A stretch of 26,211 nucleotides of DNA from a virus (IMGVR_UViG_3300042294_000098:1-26211); one strand, 5' to 3'; shown: positions 1-7,733, numbered from the stretch's first letter. Notes: generated by a model not told the origin, from the sequence alone. Numbers and translations are program-made.

Positions 1-2
1 AC

Positions 3-533
3 GACTCGGGCGATGCTGAGAAGTTAGTTGACGCACAGCAAGCCTTAATGGACGCGTCTTTGAAGTTGGATCGCACAAGAAACTTTAAACCCACTTTACA
101 AGACGAAGAAACTGAGGTACAACTGCCGCAAAGATCGCAAGCTGACAACAAACCACAGCCTGTTGACCCGAAATTCGCGGACTGGCAGCGCCGTAACTCC
201 AATTGGTTCCAAAAGGACGAGGAGATGACGGACGCAGCGATGGGACTGCATAAGAAGTTATATCGTGAGTACGGCCAAGAATATATTGGTACTGACGAAT
301 ACTACGAGCGTATCGACAAAACGATCCGCAAACGGTTCCCTGAAGCCTTTAATGATACGTCTGAGCCACAGAAGCCTCAGAAAAGTAAACCGAGTACGGT
401 CGTAGCTTCAGCTAGGCGGAGCACGGCTCCGAAACAGGTCAAACTAACGTCCACACAAGCAGCGTTAGCTAAGAAGTTTAAATTGACCCCGGAGCAATAT
501 GCTCGTGAAGTCCTTAAATTACAGGAGAACTGA
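3..533 (+). CDS. Putative capsid scaffolding protein, C-terminal part (5' truncated)
   Basis: Frame is open from nt 3 (DSGDAEKLVDAQQALM...). Charged helical sequence ending VKLTSTQAALAKKFKLTPEQYAREV; lies upstream of the capsid gene. Confidence 0.65.
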   Translation, partial: DSGDAEKLVDAQQALMDASLKLDRTRNFKPTLQDEETEVQLPQRSQADNKPQPVDPKFADWQRRNSNWFQKDEEMTDAAMGLHKKLYREYGQEYIGTDEYYERIDKTIRKRFPEAFNDTSEPQKPQKSKPSTVVASARRSTAPKQVKLTSTQAALAKKFKLTPEQYAREVLKLQEN

Positions 534-535
534 TA

Positions 536-982
536 ATGGCTGAAAATAGACTTACTCGTGAACTAGAGAACCGTGCGCAACAGGAACGCCCTAAGCAGTG
601 GGCACCTGCGGAAACTTTACCGGAGCCAGATAAACAGCCCGGCTTTGCGTACAGATGGGTTCGTGTTTCGACGTTGGATAAGGCTGATCCTCGCAACTTG
701 TCAGGCAAGCTTCGTGAGGGTTGGGAACCTGTGAAAATCTCGGAACAGCCAAAGTTTCAACTGCTAATCGACCCCAATAGTCGCTTCAAGGACAACATTG
801 AGATCGGTGGGCTAGTGTTATGCAAGACGCCTGAAGAGTTTGTAAAGCAGCGTAATACTTATTACGCAGACCAGACTCAAGCCCAGACGACTGCAATCGA
901 CAATAGCTTTATGCGAGAGAACGATGCGCGGATGCCACTCTTTGCGGAGCGGAAATCTTCAACATCGTTTGGTAAAGGTTAA
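536..982 (+). CDS. Phage head-module protein of unknown function (148 aa)
   Basis: GGAG upstream; YRWVR...LREGWEPV...GGLVLCKTP; sits between the scaffold-like and capsid genes. Confidence 0.8.
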   Translation: MAENRLTRELENRAQQERPKQWAPAETLPEPDKQPGFAYRWVRVSTLDKADPRNLSGKLREGWEPVKISEQPKFQLLIDPNSRFKDNIEIGGLVLCKTPEEFVKQRNTYYADQTQAQTTAIDNSFMRENDARMPLFAERKSSTSFGKG

Positions 983-1008
983 CCTTTTAAAATTTTTGGA
1001 GCTTAATT

Positions 1009-1662
1009 ATGGCTTATCCTACTGTAAGTGCCCCTTACGGCCTACAGCCAATTAATCTGATTGGTGGTCAGGTCTTCGCAGGCGCAACTCGTCAGTTGCC
1101 TATTACTGCTACCCCCGGTAACGGTGGTGGTTCGATTAACTACAACACCCCTATCTATTATGGTGATGTGGTTCAGTTGAGCCAAGCAAATAGCACAATC
1201 ATCATCTCGACTCTAGATACGGACGCAACTCCGGTTGCTGGTGTCGTTGGTGTATTCCTCGGCTGTACTTATACCAACCCTGTGACTAAGCAAAAGACCT
1301 TCAGCCAGTTTTGGCCCGGTTTTGCGTCTGGCGTGACAGATGCGTATGCGTACGTTGCGGATGATCCCGACCAGCTTTACAAAGCTGTTTCGGTTGGCAA
1401 CACCATTAATACCACTGGTCTGGTTATCAGCGCCGTGTCTCAAGTCGTTGTGGGCAATAACGCCACTCTGATTCTGAACTCGCCTAATACCACTGCTGGT
1501 AATTCAAAAACTGGTGTGTTTGCCAATGCGGTAAGCACTTCCCTGCCGCTGCGAGTAGTTGATGGTGTTCCTGACACTGCAACCGTAAATGGCTATACCG
1601 AACTGATCGTCAAATTTAACTTTGGCTACCATTCGTACAACAACGCCGTTGGCGTGGCTTAA
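1009..1662 (+). CDS. Putative capsid auxiliary/decoration protein (217 aa)
   Basis: GGAG RBS; beta-rich G/T/V/A composition; immediately upstream of the major capsid gene. Confidence 0.65.
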   Translation: MAYPTVSAPYGLQPINLIGGQVFAGATRQLPITATPGNGGGSINYNTPIYYGDVVQLSQANSTIIISTLDTDATPVAGVVGVFLGCTYTNPVTKQKTFSQFWPGFASGVTDAYAYVADDPDQLYKAVSVGNTINTTGLVISAVSQVVVGNNATLILNSPNTTAGNSKTGVFANAVSTSLPLRVVDGVPDTATVNGYTELIVKFNFGYHSYNNAVGVA

Positions 1663-1674
1663 GGAGCATAAATC

Positions 1675-2583
1675 ATGGCTATTTCACGCGCACAACTACT
1701 TAAAGAACTGCTCCCCGGCCTGAACGCATTGTTCGGTATGGAGTACGCTCGCTACGGCGAAGAGCACAAGGAAATCTACGAAACTGAGACTTCCGAGCGT
1801 TCCTTCGAAGAAGAAACAAAACTGTCGGGCTTCTCGGCTGCTCCAGTCAAGAACGAAGGCTCTGCAATTGCTTATGACAATGCGCAGGAAGCTTGGACCG
1901 CTCGATACAACCACGAAACCATCGCTCTTGGTTTCTCGCTGACCGAAGAGGCCATCGAGGACAACCTGTACGACAGCCTGTCTGCTCGTTACACCAAGTC
2001 GCTGGCTCGTGCCATGGCTTACACCAAGCAGGTCAAGGCTGCAAACGTCCTGAACAACGGCTTCTCCAACAGCTACCCCGGTGGCGATGGCGTAGCTCTG
2101 TTCTCGGCTAATCACCCTCTGGTCTCTGGTGGCGTCAACAGCAACATTGCAGCAACCCCTGCTGACTTGAACGAGACTTCTCTGGAAGCCGCCGTTATTC
2201 AGATCGCTGCATGGACTGATGAACGTGGCCTGCTGATTGCAGCTAAGCCGAAGAAGCTGGTTGTTCCTCCAGCATTGCAGTTCGTGGCAACACGTCTGCT
2301 GGAGACATCGCTGCGTGTCGGTACTAACGACAACGACATCAACGCGATCAAGAACAACGGTTCGATCCCAGAAGGCTATACGATCAATCACTACTTGACC
2401 GATAACAACGCATGGTTCCTGACCACTGACGTTCCAAACGGCATGAAGCACTTTGTTCGTACGCCGATGTCCAATTCCATGGATGGGGACTTCGATACGG
2501 GCAACGTGAGATACAAATCACGTGAGCGATACAGCTTCGGCTTCAGTGATCCACTGGGCATGTTCGGTAGCCAAGGGGCTTGA
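1675..2583 (+). CDS. Major capsid protein (302 aa, HK97 fold expected)
   Basis: AAGGAG RBS; strong codon bias; MAISRAQLLKELLPGLNALFG start, KPKKLVVPPALQF and DFDTGNVRYKSRERYSFG motifs typical of Mu gpT-like capsid proteins. Confidence 0.92.
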   Translation: MAISRAQLLKELLPGLNALFGMEYARYGEEHKEIYETETSERSFEEETKLSGFSAAPVKNEGSAIAYDNAQEAWTARYNHETIALGFSLTEEAIEDNLYDSLSARYTKSLARAMAYTKQVKAANVLNNGFSNSYPGGDGVALFSANHPLVSGGVNSNIAATPADLNETSLEAAVIQIAAWTDERGLLIAAKPKKLVVPPALQFVATRLLETSLRVGTNDNDINAIKNNGSIPEGYTINHYLTDNNAWFLTTDVPNGMKHFVRTPMSNSMDGDFDTGNVRYKSRERYSFGFSDPLGMFGSQGA

Positions 2584-2608
2584 CAACACAAGGGCTGCTC
2601 CATACAAT
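2580..2608 (+). promoter_or_regulatory. Sigma70-type promoter for the endonuclease gene
   Basis: TTGACA (2580-2585), 17-nt spacer, TACAAT (2603-2608); the -35 box overlaps the capsid stop codon TGA. Confidence 0.8.
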
Positions 2609-2645
2609 AACCTCTGGTCTAATAAATCGGAGGTTGTATGGAGTA
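2596..2645 (+). promoter_or_regulatory. RNA hairpin sequestering the RBS and start codon of the endonuclease gene
   Basis: TGCTCCATAC (2596-2605) pairs with GTATGGAGTA (2636-2645) and AACCTCTGGT (2609-2618) with ATCGGAGGTT (2626-2635), allowing G-U pairs; covers GGAGG (2629-2633) and ATG (2638). Confidence 0.8.
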
Positions 2646-3498
2646 CACCGAATGTAGTCACACCAACTGTGGAAACCCCGTGTTCGCACGGGGAATCTGC
2701 CGAAAGCACTATGAACAGGAGCGGCTGGCGACGGCTGCTCCTTGTTCTTTTTCTGGGTGCCAAAACAAATCGTTTCGCGGCGATCTCTGCGCCGAACATT
2801 ACAGAGCAAAGCAAAAATCCTCTCGCCCCACGTGTACCGTTCCCGGCTGCACTGACCCGCAACTAACTCTAAAATCAGGGTATTGTCAAAAACACCTGTT
2901 CAGGTTTAGCCGCCACGGAACCGTTGAACAGCCACGCCGCGCAGATTGGGGTGCACGAGAATCTCATCCGCTATACCAGTCATACCACTGGCACCGTCGT
3001 AAACCGAACGGCATGTGCAAAGAATGGGCTGATGATTTTTGGTTGTTTGTAGACGCCGTTGGTGAGCGTCCTAACGGGCATATGCTACGTAAGATTGACC
3101 CTAAGCAGGCGCTGGGCCCCCATAATTGGCATTGGAAGGAAGCGATACCAAGTAAGGATACTGCCGCATGGCAAAGAACATGGCGAAACGCCAACCCAGA
3201 AAAAGTAAAAAATGCGGAATTAAAAAAAATGTTTGGCATAACGTTGCAAGACTACCAACGCATGGCTGAGACACAAAACCATCGGTGCGATATCTGCGGG
3301 GAGCTTGAGACAGGCGTAGATAAACAGGGTATTCCACGCCGAATGCCGGTGGACCATTGCCATGCGACAGGTAAAATTCGTGCGTTACTTTGCTCGGCTT
3401 GCAACAAGGCTTTAGGCGGATTTCGTGACCGTCCAGACTTGCTTCGGAAGGCTGCGGAGTATATCGAAAAACACCTTGACACCCCCCATTCCACCTAG
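2638..3498 (+). CDS. Free-standing putative homing endonuclease: three CCCH Zn-finger repeats plus a C-terminal endonuclease VII (His-Me finger) domain
   Basis: GGAGG RBS; C-terminal QNHRCDICG...VDHCHATGKIRALLCSACNKALG matches the endonuclease VII pattern; three N-terminal C-x4-C-x9/11-C-x2-H repeats. Confidence 0.88.
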   Translation: MEYTECSHTNCGNPVFARGICRKHYEQERLATAAPCSFSGCQNKSFRGDLCAEHYRAKQKSSRPTCTVPGCTDPQLTLKSGYCQKHLFRFSRHGTVEQPRRADWGARESHPLYQSYHWHRRKPNGMCKEWADDFWLFVDAVGERPNGHMLRKIDPKQALGPHNWHWKEAIPSKDTAAWQRTWRNANPEKVKNAELKKMFGITLQDYQRMAETQNHRCDICGELETGVDKQGIPRRMPVDHCHATGKIRALLCSACNKALGGFRDRPDLLRKAAEYIEKHLDTPHST

Positions 3499-3504
3499 TA
3501 TAAA
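3476..3504 (+). promoter_or_regulatory. Sigma70-type promoter
   Basis: TTGACA (3476-3481), 17-nt spacer, TATAAA (3499-3504); expected start site near 3511. Confidence 0.75.
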
Positions 3505-3510
3505 GAGAGC

Positions 3511-3594
3511 AAACCGGGTGTACCCGGCGCGAACGAACAGTCCCGGCTGACTTCATGCAGATCGTCGCGCTTAACCGCATGAGGGAAAACTCAA
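3511..3594 (+). ncRNA. Putative structured leader RNA (chained double pseudoknot) overlapping the RBS of the 3595 gene
   Basis: Three interleaved complementary pairs: 3514-3518/3542-3546, 3527-3536/3562-3570 and 3551-3558/3577-3584, in the longest intergenic gap of the window. Confidence 0.65.
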
Positions 3595-4044
3595 ATGGCA
3601 CTTTCTACTACCCAAAGCATCTGGCGTTCGGGCGGCGGCGATCAAACTCGTACCGCTTATTGTGGCTCCGGCGTCATGGCTGCTCAGTTCTACATTGCTG
3701 ACGCATCTGCTGCTGGCAACGTTAAAGTCTCTTCCGTTTCTGGCGCTCCTAACCTGATTCTGCCCGCTGGTGCAGTTGTCCTGTCTGTTGTTATTAACGA
3801 CGCAGGTGCAGGTTCTATCGACATCGGTACAACGGGCGTGACTTCCGGCACTGCTGCTCCTGCGGCAATCGCTAATAACCTGTCTGTTGCGGCTGCTGGT
3901 GTGATTACATCTGGCCTGACCCTGACTGCATCGACTGAAACGGCTTTCGTTACTTCGCGTGACGACACTTCGGGCAGCGGTACTGTTGGTGGCTTCATCA
4001 CTTACTTCGTTGTCGATCCGCTGGCTGGTCAGCAAAACGTCTAA
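3595..4044 (+). CDS. Putative capsid cement/decoration protein (149 aa)
   Basis: GAGG RBS; capsid-like codon bias; beta-sandwich-like ILPAGAVVLSVVI segment; position after the capsid gene. Confidence 0.55.
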   Translation: MALSTTQSIWRSGGGDQTRTAYCGSGVMAAQFYIADASAAGNVKVSSVSGAPNLILPAGAVVLSVVINDAGAGSIDIGTTGVTSGTAAPAAIANNLSVAAAGVITSGLTLTASTETAFVTSRDDTSGSGTVGGFITYFVVDPLAGQQNV

Positions 4045-4060
4045 TTAAGGAGGCATCACC

Positions 4061-4333
4061 ATGATGCAAACAGACGTTAAGGCCGCACAGGTAACATCGA
4101 CCAACTCCGCCTATGGTGGCCCGACCCGTGTAAAAGCGGTGACAGTCAGCTACGCCACGGGTGGTACGGTTGTGCTTAAAGATGGCGGTTCAGGCGGCAC
4201 CACACGGTTCTCGTTTACTGCTCCGGCAGCAGCAGGGTCAGAGCATATTCTGTTCCCCGGCGAAGGCATCAAGTTCAACACTGATGTACACGCTACGCTG
4301 GCAAACGCAACTATTGTGGTGTTCTATGGCTAA
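4061..4333 (+). CDS. Small putative virion structural protein (90 aa)
   Basis: AAGGAGG RBS; beta-rich; ends FPGEGIKFNTDVHATLANATIVVFYG. Confidence 0.75.
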   Translation: MMQTDVKAAQVTSTNSAYGGPTRVKAVTVSYATGGTVVLKDGGSGGTTRFSFTAPAAAGSEHILFPGEGIKFNTDVHATLANATIVVFYG

Positions 4334-4580
4334 GAAAACTCCATCCCTTGCAGTCGGTCGTGGCGAAAAGCTTCCGGTCAAGCAGGGGGCGGGTTTGACT
4401 GCTAAAGGCCGTGCTAAGTACAACAAGGCAACCGGGTCAAACCTGAAGGCTCCACAGCCAGAGGGTGGCCCACGTAAGAAGTCGTTCTGTGCGCGTATGT
4501 CAGGTATGCCCGGCCCTATGAAGGACGAGAACGGCAAGCCTACACGCAAAGCAGCGTCACTAAAAAGATGGAAGTGCTAA
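4326..4580 (+). CDS. Small Lys/Arg-rich phage protein (84 aa)
   Basis: Start re-called to ATG 4326 (MAKKTPS...) rather than 4161, which would overlap the previous gene heavily; GLTAKGRAKYN...RKKSFCARM...SLKRWKC. Confidence 0.8.
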   Translation: MAKKTPSLAVGRGEKLPVKQGAGLTAKGRAKYNKATGSNLKAPQPEGGPRKKSFCARMSGMPGPMKDENGKPTRKAASLKRWKC

Positions 4581-4766
4581 ATGGAACATCACGAAACGGC
4601 GAAGACTGCCGCAGATGCGCTTTCGATTGTGACTGTGGTCGGTACGCTCATGGAAGTGTTACCTGCGGTAGCCGCGTTGTTCACGATAGTCTGGACGGCG
4701 CTACGTATTTACGAAACCAAAACCGTGCAGGGCCTCCTGCGCAAGGGGAAAAAAGATGAAGACTAA
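4581..4766 (+). CDS. Small membrane protein, holin-like (61 aa)
   Basis: Hydrophobic core (LSIVTVVGTLMEVLPAVAALFTIVWTAL) and a charged C-terminus; starts directly after the previous stop. Confidence 0.65.
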   Translation: MEHHETAKTAADALSIVTVVGTLMEVLPAVAALFTIVWTALRIYETKTVQGLLRKGKKDED

Positions 4767-5667
4767 GCCTGTTAAGGGCTCGGCCCGCACTAAACGCTTC
4801 GATGTTGGCGGCACTGTCGGTGCTCTGGCTGGCTTGGGCACATTGGCCTATCTGCTATCGCGTAAGAAAAAAGACGCTGCTACTGGTAACGAGGGTAGTG
4901 GCGAGTCCACGGCAAAACCCGTTATTAAGTCGATGATGGACACGGAAGACGATGCTGCTAAGCAACGTGCGATGGCTGCGTCGAAGGGGCGTCCTGAGAT
5001 GGGCGATGCTACGAACGACGACATCACAACTAAGAAAACTACGACGCCTGCGGTTAAGAAAACTGCGCCTTCTGCTAAGACTACGTCAACAAGTAAGCAA
5101 GGCTCGGTTTCGACTACTGGTCTTGATGCTGGTATTGCGGCGGGAAATAAAGCAAAACCTAACGAAGAGCGTCCGTCGAAGCCTTACCCTGAGAAAGAAG
5201 CGGCGGCTAAGAAAGCTGCGGATAAAGCAGCCGCAATTAAAAAAGCAACGACAGCCAAGGGTCGTTCGGCAAATCCTATCGCGGGTACTTTCGAAAGCTC
5301 GGGTAAGAGTATGGCGCGTACACCAGCGCAGACGATGTCAGAACGCGCACGCGAAGTGCAAAGACGACGCGAAGAGGAAATGAAGTCACGTTACAAAAAT
5401 GGCGGCGTGGTCAAAAAGTACGCTGACGGCGGTATGACTTCGAGCAAGCCTGAGCCTAAGAAAGCCCCGATGCCAGCCTTTGCCCGTGAAGCGAAGGAAA
5501 ATCGTGAACGCGACCAGAAGGTCAAGAAAGAGCAGGACACGTATCAGAAGGGCGAGAAAACCCGCTTGAAAGAGCAAGGTAGTATGTTTAAAAGCGGCGG
5601 CATGACTCCATCCAAGCGTGCTGACGGTATCGCTATGCGTGGTAAAACCAGAGGCAAGATGTACTAA
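4756..5667 (+). CDS. Lys/Ala/Thr-rich low-complexity protein, putative internal virion protein (303 aa)
   Basis: Long basic, disorder-like ORF with four [FY]xxGG motifs and C-terminal RADGIAMRGKTRGKMY. Confidence 0.75.
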   Translation: MKTKPVKGSARTKRFDVGGTVGALAGLGTLAYLLSRKKKDAATGNEGSGESTAKPVIKSMMDTEDDAAKQRAMAASKGRPEMGDATNDDITTKKTTTPAVKKTAPSAKTTSTSKQGSVSTTGLDAGIAAGNKAKPNEERPSKPYPEKEAAAKKAADKAAAIKKATTAKGRSANPIAGTFESSGKSMARTPAQTMSERAREVQRRREEEMKSRYKNGGVVKKYADGGMTSSKPEPKKAPMPAFAREAKENRERDQKVKKEQDTYQKGEKTRLKEQGSMFKSGGMTPSKRADGIAMRGKTRGKMY

Positions 5668-5686
5668 CCCATTCAAGGAGATTCAC

Positions 5687-5893
5687 ATGGCATCGAAGAT
5701 GAACGCAGGTTTTATGGCAATGATGAAGAAAAAAGCCCCAGCTAAGAAAATGGCCGGTGGTGGCGCAACAGCGATGGGCAAAGTTAAGACTGCTGCTCCT
5801 AGCCGTGATGGTCTGGCTGTCAAAGGCAAGACTAAGGGCAAGATGGTTGTCATGGCTGGTAACAAGGGCATGAAGTCCGGCGGTAAGTGCTGA
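5687..5893 (+). CDS. Small Lys/Met-rich protein (68 aa)
   Basis: AAGGAG RBS before ATG 5687 (re-called from 5618); shares the DGxAxKGKTKGK and MxxGG motifs with the upstream gene. Confidence 0.8.
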   Translation: MASKMNAGFMAMMKKKAPAKKMAGGGATAMGKVKTAAPSRDGLAVKGKTKGKMVVMAGNKGMKSGGKC

Positions 5894-5894
5894 G

Positions 5895-6170
5895 ATGATG
5901 GCCTCGCGTGGTATGGGTGACATTAACCCTTCCAAGATGCCCAAAGCGAAGAAGAAAGCGCGGCGGGATGACACCGACTTTACTCAGTACAAAGAAGGTG
6001 GGAAGGTTAACGCTGCTGGTAACTACACCAAGCCGGAGCTTCGCAAGAAGATCGTAAGCCAAGTGAAGTCCGCAGCAACTCATGGCACGGGTGCAGGTCA
6101 GTGGTCAGCCCGCAAAGCGCAGCTGGTGGCTAAGAAGTACAAAGCCGCTGGCGGTGGGTACAGAGATTGA
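5895..6170 (+). CDS. Small basic phage protein (91 aa)
   Basis: Coupled to both neighbours; YKEGGKV and GQWSARKAQLVAKKYKAAGGGY. Confidence 0.8.
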   Translation: MMASRGMGDINPSKMPKAKKKARRDDTDFTQYKEGGKVNAAGNYTKPELRKKIVSQVKSAATHGTGAGQWSARKAQLVAKKYKAAGGGYRD

Positions 6171-6400
6171 AAGCCCCGCAAAAGTCGCTGAAAGACTGGG
6201 GAGACCAGAAATGGCGAACCAAAAGCGGAAAGCCGTCGTCAAAGACCGGGGAGCGTTACCTCCCGGAAAAGGCAATCAAGGCACTAAGCCCAGCCGAGTA
6301 TGCCGCCACGACGAAGGCAAAGCGGGCAGGGAAAGCAAAGGGTAAGCAGTTCGTTGCACAGCCCAAGGACGTTGCGAAGAAAACAGCGGGGTTTAGGTAA
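6167..6400 (+). CDS. Small basic phage protein (77 aa)
   Basis: TTGA overlap start; QKSLKDWGDQKWRTKSGK...GERYLPEKA. Confidence 0.75.
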   Translation: MKAPQKSLKDWGDQKWRTKSGKPSSKTGERYLPEKAIKALSPAEYAATTKAKRAGKAKGKQFVAQPKDVAKKTAGFR

Positions 6401-6579
6401 TGGCTGAGAAATGGATACAAAAGGCAATCAAAAAGCCCGGTGCCCTGCGTGCTCAGCTTGGCGCAAAAGAGGGAAAGCCTATCCCGGCAAAGAAGCTCGC
6501 TGCCGCTGCTCAGAAACCCGGAAAATTGGGCCAACGAGCGCGACTTGCCCAAACCTTGAAGAAAATGGGAAAGAAGTAA
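6400..6579 (+). CDS. Small basic protein (59 aa), absent from the ORF track
   Basis: TAATG coupling at 6398-6402; MAEKWIQKAIKKPGALRAQLGAKEGKPIPAKKLAAAAQKPGKLGQRARLAQTLKKMGKK; stop abuts the next ATG at 6580. Confidence 0.85.
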   Translation: MAEKWIQKAIKKPGALRAQLGAKEGKPIPAKKLAAAAQKPGKLGQRARLAQTLKKMGKK

Positions 6580-7323
6580 ATGGCCGTCACAACCTCAGTA
6601 TCGACGTTTAACCCGACCCTCAACGAGATATTCGAAGAGGCGTTTGAGCGTTGCGGCTTGGAGTTGCGCACGGGCTACGACTTCCGCACAGCGCGGCGTA
6701 GCCTTAACTTCCTGTTGGGTGAGTGGGCCAACCGGGGTATAAACCTCTGGACCATCGAGGAAGGCTCGATCAACTTGGTGCAGGGCCAGACGACCTACAA
6801 CTTGCCTAACGACACCGTGGACTTGATTGAGCACGTTATTCGTACGGATTCCAACCAAGGCCCTAACCAGACTGACCTGAACATCACCCGGATTTCCGTC
6901 TCGACCTACTCGACTATCCCTAACAAGCTGGCGCAAGGCCGTCCGATTCAGGTGTGGATTAACCGCCAGAGTGGACAGACGACCGACTTAATTGGTGCAA
7001 CTTCGGCTAACCCACAGATTAATGTGTGGCCCGCGCCGGATCAGGGCACGCAGCTTAACCCTTACTACGTGTTTTACTACTGGCGCTTGAAGCGTATTTT
7101 TGACGCGGGTGATGGCGTAAATGTGCCAGACATCCCGTTCCGTTTTCAGAATTGCTTAGTGGCAGGTCTGGCGTATATGATTGCGGTGAAGAAGCCCGAG
7201 GTGGCACCAGATCGCTTGGCGGGTTTAAAGATGATGTATGACGAGGCTTGGGACTTGGCGTCGTCTGAGGACCGTGAGAAAGCTGCGGATCGGTTTGTAC
7301 CACGTGAGTATTTCATCTCGTAA
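6580..7323 (+). CDS. Putative head-tail adaptor / tail tubular protein (247 aa)
   Basis: Helical N-terminus (EEAFERCG...ARRSLN...EWANRG), central beta region (INVWPAPD), helical C-terminus; adaptor-like layout and position. Confidence 0.65.
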   Translation: MAVTTSVSTFNPTLNEIFEEAFERCGLELRTGYDFRTARRSLNFLLGEWANRGINLWTIEEGSINLVQGQTTYNLPNDTVDLIEHVIRTDSNQGPNQTDLNITRISVSTYSTIPNKLAQGRPIQVWINRQSGQTTDLIGATSANPQINVWPAPDQGTQLNPYYVFYYWRLKRIFDAGDGVNVPDIPFRFQNCLVAGLAYMIAVKKPEVAPDRLAGLKMMYDEAWDLASSEDREKAADRFVPREYFIS

Positions 7324-7325
7324 CG

Positions 7326-7733
7326 ATGGGCAACAGGTTCAGTTCAGGTAAGAATTCGATCTCGGAATGTGATCGGTGTGGATTTCGGTTCAAGCTGAAG
7401 GTCCTGAAGAAGCTTATCATCAAGACAAAGCAGGTCAGTATTAAAGTATGCCCGTCGTGCTGGGAACCCGATCAGCCGCAGTTGCAGTTAGGTATGTACC
7501 CAGTGCAAGACCCCCAAGCCGTACGGGAACCACGCCCAGATGTGAGTTACAGACAGGCGGGTTATACGGGATTACAGTTGACGTTGAACACAGACTTTGG
7601 TGACCCGTCAGGTGGTAGCCGAGTGTTCCAGTGGGGTTGGGCACCGGTAGGTGGGTCAAGTGCGAATGATGCGGCGTTAACGCCAAATGCTTTGACCTCT
7701 AGAGGCGTAATAGGTAGTGTAACCATTGCATAG
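7326..7733 (+). CDS. Phage protein with a CxxC...CxxC zinc-ribbon motif (135 aa)
   Basis: ECDRCG and VCPSCWEPDQPQ. Confidence 0.75.
   Translation: MGNRFSSGKNSISECDRCGFRFKLKVLKKLIIKTKQVSIKVCPSCWEPDQPQLQLGMYPVQDPQAVREPRPDVSYRQAGYTGLQLTLNTDFGDPSGGSRVFQWGWAPVGGSSANDAALTPNALTSRGVIGSVTIA

Noticed and set aside
1696-2451. 251-aa antisense ORF opposite the capsid gene
   Set aside because: In-register shadow of a strongly codon-biased gene; no recognisable motif, and all credible genes are on the + strand.
2584-3594. Group I intron or intein carrying the endonuclease
   Set aside because: The capsid ORF ends normally before the insert, the next gene starts intact, and the flanks are too short for a group I core.
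3511-3594. Hammerhead or HDV-like ribozyme, or tRNA, as the identity of the structured leader
   Set aside because: CTGA is followed by CTT rather than the CUGANGA core; only 5 nt lie between P2a and P1b, too few for the HDV P3 hairpin; no cloverleaf or T-loop.
4161-4325. Upstream extensions given by the ORF track (starts at 4161, 5618, 18399)
   Set aside because: Downstream ATGs at 4326, 5687 and 18465 have better RBS or coupling, and give a proper signal peptide in the spanin case.
6411-6611. 66-aa ORF with a CPAC motif
   Set aside because: Alternative frame of the better supported 6400-6579 gene, which is coupled at both ends.
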